A DNA stretch of 64,000 bases from Octopus bimaculoides. Taxonomy: Eukaryota. The stretch covers positions 155,007,043-155,071,042 of the forward strand of contig NC_068981.1 of the NCBI RefSeq assembly GCF_001194135.2. Reading direction: 5' to 3'. This document shows, piece by piece, positions 1-10,640 of this stretch (the stretch's first letter is position 1; each line of letters starts with the position of its first letter). The position numbers and the translations under genes were made by a program. The notes beneath the pieces are model-generated. The model was not told the DNA's origin, did not search any database, and saw only the letters and a program-made list of their open reading frames with translations.

Positions 1-55
1 ATCATCCAACCCATGCTAGCATGGAAGGCGGACATTAAACGATGATGATGATGAT
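1..55 (+). mobile_element. RTE-type LINE 3' tail fragment
   Basis: ccaacccatgctagcatggaaggcggacattaaac(gat)n, same tail as copies at 8053 and 60315. Confidence 0.8.
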
Positions 56-58
56 AAT

Positions 59-92
<34 letters not shown>

Positions 93-540
93 TATACATA
101 TACATATACATATACACACACACATATATATATACACACATATATACATATATATGTATATATATACATATTTATATATACATGAATATATATCTTTATT
201 TCATTCACACACACATGAATATGCATGTGTGAACATATGCATATTCATGTGTGTGTGTGTTTGCAACTATGCACATTTATATACATAGATGCATACATGT
301 AAATGTAAGTGAAACAATATATGCATGTATGTACATATACATACATACTACATATGTGCATGCATTCATGCATGCATACATACATATATACATACATACA
401 TACATACATGCATACATACATACATACATACCTACATACATACATACATGCATGCATACATACATACATACATACATACATACATACATACATACATTTG
501 TATGCACTCATACACAGACAAACACACATGTATACACACA
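56..540. repeat. Compound microsatellite (AT)n/(AC)n/(ATAC)n
   Basis: Read directly; source of the spurious H/T/Y/I and C/M/Y/V ORFs. Confidence 0.95.
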
Positions 541-1809
541 TTTATTCCTATTCATATAAATACACCTATGCACTGTTTATTGGAGTTTTGCCAGTGGTAG
601 GTTACATTTTAAGGAGCAAAATTTCATTATCAGATCGTCTTTTCAACATTTCAACTCCTTCTACCATAGATTATAGAATATTAATGCGTTAGTGAGAAGA
701 TTAATTCAAGTAAAGTAGAAATTATAGCTGTAAGCAAGTTATATTTCAGTTTAATTTTATAAGAAATTTCATGCCTTATATATGGTTAAATTCAAAGATT
801 TAACTTCAGTAATTTGGTGAAGATTTTTTTAAATATTAGTAGCAATAATGGTTTGAAGATTGTATTCCAGTATAGCAGACTATGCCATGACGGCTAGCTC
901 ACACTAAAGAAATAAAATAGTGTGCAAGTTGCATCATCTCAAGCATTATCATTTGAATTACATTAAGTTTACTGAAAAAAATTATAATATAAAATGAAAT
1001 ATTATAACTTGAGAAATATTTTCTTTTCATAAAGAAACATTAAATTAGAACGGAAATTTTATAGTCATTTTATGAGCAAGGACATCTTATTAATTTAATA
1101 AAAGCTTCTTATTTCTTTCTCTCCTCTTTTTTTTTATTCACAAAGTAGCCTCTCTGTTTTTAGATGAGCCAGTGAGGAAACATCTGCATGGTTGATGTAT
1201 CAGCTAGAAATTACAACTAAAATTGCCCTCAAATTACACATCATCATCTTAAGAAAGGAAAGATGCATTGAAAACTGGAGACATAGATATACAAAATGAA
1301 GAGATGATTATGGCTGGAATGACTAAAAGTTTTGGCTTGATCGATCAAGCCTGACTTGGGATTAAAAAAAGACACTGTTTCTAGATATAGCTCCCCTATG
1401 ATAAAGAAAGTATGGTGTTTTTCCTGATGCTATTTCAAATCAAGTGAGATTTTTCTAAGATCTTGAGAATAACTTAATTTCGAAAAGTGGCTTTCATATA
1501 TTTTAGAGAGAAAAAGATAACTTAGAAAAATTACTTAGATGCACCATCTGCAATAAAAATAACAGTCAAAGTAGTTTTACCATATTTAATGCCATGAATC
1601 TTAAAGAACTAATTAGAAATAATTATGCTGTGAGGAAAAGACTATTAATCAATGACCAAGGCAGTGTGATTAAGAAGTTTGCTTCACACCTGTGTAGTTT
1701 TGAGTTCAGTTTCTCTGCATTGTACTCTTATTGTTATATATTATTACCTTTGACCAACCAATGCCTTGTGAATGAATTTGGTAGGCAGAAACTGTGAGAA
1801 AACCTGTTG

Positions 1810-1810
<1 letters not shown>

Positions 1811-1875
<65 letters not shown>
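1811..1875. repeat. (TG)n microsatellite
   Basis: Read directly. Confidence 0.97.
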
Positions 1876-1878
<3 letters not shown>

Positions 1879-2701
1879 CGCGCTTGTGTGTGTATGTGTT
1901 TACATGTGTATCTTCACCACCAGACCAATAGTATTAGTTTGTTTGTGTCTCTGTAACTTAGCAGTTCAGCAAAAAGACTAACAGAATAAGTACTACTCTT
2001 CAAAAATTAGTACTAGGATCAATTTGTTCAACTAAATCTTTCAAGATGGAATCCTAACATGAAACAAGTAAAAGAATAAAATAATATTCTGGCAAATGTG
2101 GGAGACAGCCCCAGGCATGTTTCAATGTTATTAAATTTCCTCAGTGAAGCATAGATTTCACTGTACTTGCCAAAGTATTTTTTTTTTTTAGTTTCTCTGA
2201 TGTTCTTACAAGAGTATTAAGATGTCTAAAGACATTTATAACACTCAGGAAGTGAAAAATGGCATCAACTAGAAAATCATACCACATCACAGATTAGGCT
2301 TGGGAAGAGTCTTATCACCGCTATGAGAGTTATGAGAGATTAGACAGATAAATACATAGGAAATAAATCAATCGATAAAAAGAATTAAAGACAAGCTAAT
2401 TCAGAAAGTTATAGTTTAAAGTTTACCAGAGTCTATGATATTGCAAGCATTCAGAGTATGTTTAGAGGATTCCAATCTGTTGCAAGTGAAGATGCTTAGT
2501 GTAATGGTTAAGGTTTTGAACTAAAGATTAGTAGATCATAGGTTCAATTTTTGAACTGGGCAGCACATTAAGTTCTCGAGCAAGACACTTGTTTTTGTGT
2601 TGCACCACTAAACTCGGCAAAAAATGAATACAAGTGATACTTGGAGATTAGCTCTGTAACTGACTGGAGTTCTGGTCAATGGGGAGTTTTATATTCTAAA
2701 C

Positions 2702-3401
2702 TAGTGGGTCTCAACCATTTTTTGCCTATGGACCCCTTTGATTCCTATTTAATTCTACTGGTCCCCCATAGCCATTCGATGTGTGTAAAAAAACATCCTG
2801 CTGTATTTACTCTCTCTCTCTTTTACTCTTTTACTTGTTTCAGTCATTTTGACTGTGGCCATGCTGGAGCACCACCTTTAGTCAAACAAATCGACCCCAG
2901 GACTTATTCTTTGGAAGCTTAGTACTTATTCTATCGGTCTCTTTTGCCGAACCACTAAGTTATGGGGACGTAAACACACCAGCATGTTGGGGGGACAAAC
3001 ACAGACACGCAAACATATACACACATACACATATATATACACATATATGACGGGCTTCTTTCAGTTTCCATCTACCAAATCCACTCACAAGGCTTTGGTC
3101 GGCTCGCGGCTATAGTAGAAGACACCTGCCCAAGATGCCATGCAGTGGGACTGAACCCAGAACCATATGGTTGGTGAGCAAGCTACTTACCGCACAGCCA
3201 CTCCTACGCCTATTAAATATTATTTGGAAAATAATTTGTGTATTGTAGAAGTATAAGAAATTTATTGCACATAAACTTTAACAACAAAATTTTATATAGA
3301 CCCCTAAGGGTCTANNNNNNNNNNGTATAAGAAATTTATTGCACATAAACTTTAACAACAAAATTTTATATAGACCCCTAAGGGTCTATAGAGAACTACT
3401 G
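2702..3401. mobile_element. hAT/Charlie-like MITE with nested SINE
   Basis: Termini TAGTGGGTCTCAAC ... GAGAACTACTG; flanking 8-mers TTCTAAAC / CTCCAAAC (6/8 match). Confidence 0.6.
2808..3211 (-). mobile_element. tRNA-derived SINE (abundant family in window)
   Basis: Reverse complement starts ggcgtaggagtggctgtgcggtaagtagcttgct...gggttcagtcccactg (A/B-box-like head); recurs many times. Confidence 0.85.
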
Positions 3402-4307
3402 CTCCAAACTTTAAATATTTTGAAAATCTGGATATGATCTGGCCACATGAGGCTGTTCGCTTGAGGCAAACTATTTTTACATTGTTGAAAGCATTCAGAC
3501 CAGATTTCAAGATTGCAAAATTGAGAGTAACCTGATACCATAATCTGTTGCTTCCTAATATCTCATTTTTTTAGAAATTTTCCTACTTCTTCCTCCAACC
3601 TATCAGCCATTGAGATTCTGCAAAGGTCATGTGTACTGATTAAATCATAAAAGTTTTATTTTCTTTAAAATTCAAACTTAAGTGATAATCCCCAAAACAG
3701 GTACTTCATTTGTTATTATCAATGAAGTATATTTGCTTGTAATGTTTACAACAATGCAAGCCCAGAAATCGAAATATATTAATAAATTTTCAATGTGTCA
3801 TGATGTAGAAAATGATGAAGTGATAAGAATGTTAGCAGTTATAAATTAATTGAACTTAAACTACCGGAAGAAATACAAGTGCTATCAATATCAGGCATAA
3901 CAACAATAACTTAGCTAGAAGATGACATTAATGTGCTATGGAATCACAAAGAGCTAACACCAATAACTGATGATGCATTACTTATAGCTGATATAAATTT
4001 AACATAAAATGTAAATAACGCACAACATCAATAATCTGTGACAACCATAATTTACGGCACCATTATCATTAGGTCAATGACAGCAGTAATAATGATTTCT
4101 TAGATTGGTACCATTTTAATAAATCTGGGGAAAGCTGATTGAATTTATGCCCTAGTATATTACTAGTATGCCGATATTTATTTTGATCACTGTGGAAAAA
4201 GAAAAAAAAATGACAAACCCAGCATGGCTTAAACTCAGATCTGCAAGAATCTTTTACTTTTTCTTTTGCTTGTTTCAGTGTATGTGACTCTGTGTGTAAA
4301 TTCATAA

Positions 4308-4338
<31 letters not shown>

Positions 4339-5235
4339 AATGACTGTCTATATTCTGTGCAACTTCCCTCTACATCCCCTACACTCTTTGAAAACATACA
4401 TAGCTTTGGTCATAATTTGCTATTATGTCATAGCATTTCTAAAGCGAGTTGATTGATTACCAAACATCTTCTCCTATAGTTATGAAGGCCTTGATTTCAA
4501 GAATTAAAAGAAGCTGCAGAACTCATGAGTGTTAATGACTGCAAAATATGCTGAGCAACAGAATTAATTCCAGGTTGCTGTCTCAGCATGTAGGCAAATA
4601 CAGTAGTAGCAAACAGCTAGAGAATAGCTAAGATGGAATTTGAAACCAAATCCACATTTTTATACATTGTCAAACAAATCCTCAGTCTATTGATTTAGCC
4701 TTATTGCACTTACAGATTAATGAGAAAAAGTTGACCTCTTGATCTTTCTCAAGTCATTCTTTGATCAATTCTGATTAAGAATGAAGAACCCTATTGTTTA
4801 GCTCAACTTACTTTAGTCAGCAAGTTATAAAAACACAAGCAAATAGCTATCATCTCCTATTTGGCCAATCCACTGTGGACAGACAGCAACTCCGTCAGTA
4901 TGCTGATCAACACATGCAAAAGTAGACCTCTTAATATATTATTCTACCTTGATTGTTTTATTCCGTCTTTCTCTTTAACAGCACAAAGATGAAGCTAGCT
5001 CCCACATACGATGATCATGGAACCAGAGACAAATATTCTACCGCATCCACGAAAAGCTGTGTACACAAACAAACAACCAGATAAGGTTGTATATTTTTTA
5101 TATATTGTAATAACTAATATTATATTCATTTTCAACATTGTAATGACATGATCATTGATATATAATAAATGGCCTTATTAATAATCAAGTAACTATTGTT
5201 TTCCAATCATTTCTGGTTTACATTTTCACATTTAA

Positions 5236-5438
5236 CCCTTTTGATGCCAACCTGCCTGAAGCCACCCTTGGTTCCATGATACAAACCTTTAAATTTAAAT
5301 CTTCCACCAAAATTTCAGGTTATTTATGTTCTAAACACCAGTTTAATTGTGATAATTATTTGTGTAAATTTTTCATTGTTTTTTAAATTAACTGAAACAA
5401 AGTTGGTACATTTCAACAGTAATGTGGTAACGAAAGGG
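5236..5438 (+). mobile_element. piggyBac-type MITE, 203 bp
   Basis: TTAA at 5232-5235 and 5439-5442; ends CCCTTTTGATGC / GTAACGAAAGGG. Confidence 0.85.
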
Positions 5439-6578
5439 TTAAATAGTGTCATTACACAATATATACTCTATACTGCTCACATATGGACGCAACATGGCCA
5501 AATGGTTAAGAAGTTTGTTTTATAATCCTGAGGTCCAAGGTTTAATCGCACTGCTTGGCATTATGGGTAAGTATCTTGTGTCTTTTACCATTACCTCATA
5601 TCAATGTAATGGAAACTAGGAAGACAGAAACTGTGCACAAGCTCATTGAATGGATTGTACATGTACTTGAAAGGTAGTCTTTTCACACTGTGTCATGCTG
5701 ATCCTACCTCAGATCTACATTACGGAAACAGGTGTCTGTAGAATTCCCATCCACTTCCATGCTAATTCAATGAGCAGATAATCCAATTGGATGAACAACT
5801 GAATTGATTTCAATGATGGATCCTCTTTATTGAAATCAACAGAATTCACTAACTCATTACTTTACAATGCTCACAAACCAATGAGAGAGCTTTTAGATGA
5901 TTCTTCAACCTGCTAGAAATAGCAGCTAAATCTGCTTTAAATGACTACCTACTATACACATTAGTAATGTTGTCCAGATACACTATGTCTGAAACTGTTG
6001 GAATGCCTCTGATGATTACAGATCTCCTTGACCAAGCAACCACAAAAACAGTGGCAAAGATGAACACAAGCTAATGTGAACACTATTGTCCCGAAGATGC
6101 CATTTAAACTGCAAGAATAGCAACTTAATTTTCTTCAAAACACACACTACTGTCTTCAGTAAGGAAGATACATAAGATACTGTCTCACTACATCATGTGG
6201 AAAAAAAGACAGAATAGTCATGACTAGAATGCTTTGATCAGAGGCCTCCACAACCATGAAAAGTGAAACAGTTTATGGTAAACAAAGGCATTTACAAAAG
6301 AGATGAGATGGTCATGATCAGAGTGCCTTTGGTCCTAGGCTTGCTCAGTCAAAGCTGACTTCAGGTTAAACAACAACTATTCCCAGATATCACTTCCTAT
6401 GATAACATGCTATATATAGCTCTCTATGATGTTGTTATAAGTCTTATAATACCTGTCAAATCACCAGTAGCTTCTGTCTGGATTAGAGCTCTATATGATA
6501 AGCTTTTGAAGCATTCTTCAATGTTAAAGTTATTCTCCAAAGAATCTAGTAATACCAAGTTAAACTGCTGAGATTTAA

Positions 6579-6797
6579 CCCTTTAGCATTTAATCCAGCC
6601 ATATCCAGCCCAAATATTCTACCTGTTTTATGTTAAACTGACTACATCCACCTCTCACACCTACCCTCCAATGTCATTCTAAAAACATACCAACATACCA
6701 TTGAAATCTTGAAGCTACAAAATAACATGTGATTAATTCAAAGCAATAGGAATAAATAAGTATTATAATTTGACAAAGAAACCTGAATGCTAAAGGG
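6579..6797. mobile_element. piggyBac-type MITE, 219 bp
   Basis: TTAA TSDs; perfect 12-bp TIR CCCTTTAGCATT / AATGCTAAAGGG. Confidence 0.9.
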
Positions 6798-6879
6798 TTA
6801 AGTGTTATTGCCAAAGGCAAAGCACAGTATCTGACACATAATTTACATCATTCCATTGTTCATATCAAACAGGTATAGG

Positions 6880-7050
6880 CAAGGCTGTGTGAGGTACAAG
6901 TGTGGCTGTATGGTAAGCAGTTTGCTTCTCAACCAAATGGTTCTGGGTTCAATCCCACTACGTGGCACCTTGGGCAAATGTCTTCTACTATAGCTCTACA
7001 CTGACCAAAGCTTTGTGAGTGGATTTAGTTGACAGGAACTGAAAGAAGGT
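6880..7050 (+). mobile_element. tRNA-derived SINE head
   Basis: tggctgtatggtaagcagtttgcttctcaaccaaatggttctgggttcaatcccact... Confidence 0.8.
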
Positions 7051-7567
7051 CATCATAAATATATCATCATCATTGTTTAACATCCATATTCCATGCAGGT
7101 ATGCATAGGACAGTCTAATAGAAAACTGGTGAGCTGCAGGGCTACATTGAAGGGTTTAAGTTGAACAAACTAATCCAAGTATGTTTGTGCATGTGTATGT
7201 GAATCTAAACGATGATACGACTGTCTATATTCTGTGCAACTTCCCTCTACATCCCCTACACTCTTTGAAAACATACATAGCTTTGGTCATAATTTGCTAT
7301 TTTTGTCATAGCATTTCTAAAGAGAGTTGATTGATTACCAAACATCTATATATATTATCAATCATCGGACATACTCAGCATATGCTTTGTTAGTTAAAAC
7401 ACTTGAAATTCATAGACACAAGAGACAACTCAACTTGAATCGAATTCAGGAGTGACGGATACTGACATTTCACCATTTTGACTTGAATCACCAGTCTATG
7501 ACTATATATAAGTAGTGTCATAACTATTTGCTGATGTGCCATTTGCTATATTATATATACATATATA

Positions 7568-8590
7568 TTAGTGACAATTATAATTCTCCATTTTGGTGAA
7601 AAATTGCAAACTGCTCTTTACTTTAATTTTATATATACACATTAGCGAATCGCTAAACCATCCAATAATTTGGATGACAAAAACATAAATACAAATAGGA
7701 GGTCTGGAGAAAGTTGAACAATCTAGTGGGCTTAACTGATGAAGCAACGGAAATTGCTGAAACTGTTGTCAGTATTAAGAATTCTCAATCAACATTTTTT
7801 GGGATAACTACAATCCCTGTTAGCATATATGTTTTCATCCATGTGCATTAAGTACAGCACTAGAGCACTTTAGCTCTTATTTCTAGCTCAATGTAGATGT
7901 TTCCAAACACCCTAATCATAATTAGTGTCAATTATAAATCTCCTTTCTGGTGAAACATTGCAAACTGTTGTATATATTGATTTTATATATAGACATTAGC
8001 GAATCGCTAAATCATTCAATAATTTGGATGACAAAAACATAAATACTAATAGCGAAATGGGGACTGGCTTGTGCGGGTGGCACATAAAAGACACCATTTC
8101 GAGCGTGGCCGTTTTCGTGCGGGTGACACGTAAAAGCACCCACTACACTCTCTGAGTGGTTGGCGTTAGGAAGGGCATCCAGCTGTAGAAACTCTGCCAA
8201 ATTAGATTGGAGCCTGGTGTTGCCATCCGGTTTCACCAGTCCTCAGTCAAATCATCCAACCCATGCTAGCATGGAAAGCGGACGTTAAACGATGATGATG
8301 ATGATGATGTCCTGAAAAAGCCGAGCAATCAAGTGGGCTGAACTGATGAGGCAACAGAAATTGCCGAAACTGATGTCAGAATTAAGAATTCAGGATTGGC
8401 ATTTTTCAGACAATTATGGTCCCTATTAGTATATATGTTTTCATTCATGTGCGTTAACTACAGCATTAGAGCTCTAGCTCTTATTTCTTCCAATGTTGGT
8501 GTTTCCTAACACCCTAGTCATATTTAGTGACAATTATAAATCTCCTTTATGGTGAAACATTGCAAACTGCTGTTTATATTAATTTTAAAT
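7568..8590. repeat. About 350-bp tandem repeat, about 2.2 units, unit 2 split by an RTE insertion
   Basis: Units start at 7568, 7922 and 8524 (ttagtgacaattataa...). Confidence 0.9.
8053..8309 (+). mobile_element. Young 5'-truncated RTE LINE 3' end
   Basis: About 98% identical to the reverse complement of the 3' part of 60315-60810; (GAT)n tail; CpGs intact. Confidence 0.92.
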
Positions 8591-8952
8591 ATATATATAT
8601 ATATATATATACATATATATCATAAGGGCACATGAAGTGCCTACCTGCTTGAAAGTGGTGTTAAAACCTTCAACTAAGCCACCAATGACACTGAAAAATT
8701 CAACAGATAACAACAGTAATTGAGTGAATGAGTAAAAACATTTTGCCATACCATCACAGCTTAATGCTATATAGTTTGGTAATTTGGATATGATAAATAT
8801 AAATTTTAATTATATAGGTATCTAATGCTATTTAAAGCCTGAAGCCACCTATATTATTGTTGTTATCAATTTATATTTACTACAGATAGTAATAACAATA
8901 ATAATATCTTTATAAATATTCATTTTTGAATATTTACTCCTTATAATATATA

Positions 8953-10229
8953 CACAGACATGCAGGAAATAAATAAAACATATTTAATTTTCAAAATTTC
9001 TGATCTAAGCATCTTCATATGTTTTCAGCAGTGTACAATTTTCAATGTAATTATTCTTTTTCATTCCAGGTGCCATTATATTAAACATTTGTGAAGAGTA
9101 GCCATCCACACACAAAATATTCAGCAGAACTGTCAGATTTTCAAAGAGGTTGTGTTGGTGGGCAATCTGAGGCTGGTCTTAGCCAACAAAAAATTGCCGA
9201 AAATCTTCAAATTCCTCTTTCTACTGTTAATTGAATTATAGTGCAATTCAAAAGCCAAGGAAAAGAATCAACAGATTCTCGTCCCAGCTGACCTGGGCCC
9301 TCGGGAAGGAAGCTTCGCTGTTTGAAGAGAATTGTGGAAAGCAAACCCCATTTGAAGGCTTCTGACATTGCAAAACAGCTAGAAGTTAGTCCAAGAATGT
9401 GTGTTACATATTTGCATAAGTTTGGGTATTATAGACGAGCAGTTAGAAGAAAGCCTTTCCTTCAACCAATTAATATCATGAAAAAAAAGAAATGGGCTAA
9501 AGAGATGTCAGAAAAATCCAGTTCATTTTGGGATAGAGTGATTTTCTCAGATGAATCCAGATTTGCATTCTTTTCAAACAGTGGACATGTTTGGGTCTGG
9601 AGGCTTCCAAATCAAGAATTTGATTTGAAACGACTCCAACCAACTGTAAAATATAGCAGTATCTCTGTAATGGTATGGGAAGCTGTTACCAGCAATGGTC
9701 GTTCTGAGCTGATCGAATGTGTTGGAACCATAAACTCTGAAAAATACATCGAAATACTTAAGCAAGGACTACTTCCAACATATTCACATGATAACATAAC
9801 AAAAAATGAGTTTTTATTCATGGAAGATGGGGTTCCATGCCACACAGCAAAAAGGAATCAACAATGGCTGACTGAAAATAGAATCATAAAGCTTCCTTGG
9901 CCGAGCCAATCTCCTGACATGAACCCAATTGAAAATCTTTGGAGCATACTAGATAGAGCTTTATGAAAAACTCAACAGAAACCTAAATCTAAAGATGAAT
10001 TGTTTCGATTGTTGTGCGAAAAGTGGGCAGAAATTCCACAAGAGACAATTACAAAGCTCATCAGTTCAATGCCAAAAAGAGATTCTGAATTAAAAACTGC
10101 AAAGGGAATATCAACTAAATACTAAAATATGTAGTCCTACCTATCAATTACTTTTCAATTGTTTACTTTGCATATTAAATAAAAGATTTTGAAAATTAAA
10201 GGTGTCTATTTACTTCCTGCATGTCTGTG
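8953..10229 (+). mobile_element. Tc1-family DNA transposon (DD34E), near full length
   Basis: Imperfect TIRs of about 47 bp starting CACAGACATGCAGGAA; TA on the left, CA on the right; transposase inside. Confidence 0.93.
9091..10125 (+). pseudogene. Tc1 transposase pseudogene, 344 codons, three in-frame TGA
   Basis: One frame: [11 protein letters not shown]...[22 protein letters not shown](34 aa)E in DMNPIENLW, C-terminal SMPKR...AKGISTKY. Stops at 9232, 9289, 9964; presumed start reads GTG. Confidence 0.92.
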
Positions 10230-10409
10230 CATATATGCTTTCAGTGCAAATTGTTTTTTATACAGCGCCGAGTTTACAATCCTGTAAATAATAATAATGG
10301 TATTTTTATATAAGCTTAAAGCTTATGGCAATCACCGTGCAATGACTAGGGAAATAGTCTAATTAAGGGGCATTGTAAGCCCTCAACAGAAAAAAGAAGG
10401 CTTTCCTAT

Positions 10410-10640
10410 CCACGTGGGAGTTGAACCCACATCCCTTTGTTAACGCGACTAAGTGTGTTACCTTTACATACACACACACACATGCATGCAAATAGATATA
10501 TGTATATATATATATGATCGGCTTCTTTCAGTTTCCGTCTAGCAAGTACACTCACAATGCTTTAGTTGGCCTGAGATTAGAGGAGAACACTTGTCCAAGG
10601 TACTGCACAATGGGACTGAACCCAAGAACACATGGTTGAG
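10410..10640 (-). mobile_element. Two SINE head fragments (tRNA-like B box GGTTCAACTC, then the common SINE)
   Basis: Reverse complement ...gggatgtgggttcaactcccacgtgg; cttctttcagtttccgtct... matches SINE at 2808. Confidence 0.65.

Noticed and set aside
35-692. Long ORFs in several frames
   Set aside because: Translations of (AT)n/(ATAC)n microsatellite.
3251-3390. 64-bp exact duplication
   Set aside because: It flanks a 10-N gap, so it is most likely unmerged contig overlap.
4342-4468. H/ACA snoRNA reading of the 128-bp repeat (ACA+3 nt at the end on both strands)
   Set aside because: One of the two required hairpins does not form on either strand; kept only as an unexplained repeat.
4982-5084. 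Plus-strand exon candidate, also one at 11557-11630
   Set aside because: Stops in the usable frames, no chain to a gene, and such signals are common in AT-rich DNA.
8012-8236. [13 protein letters not shown]..., also at 60384-60737
   Set aside because: Antisense reading of the RTE 3' UTR.
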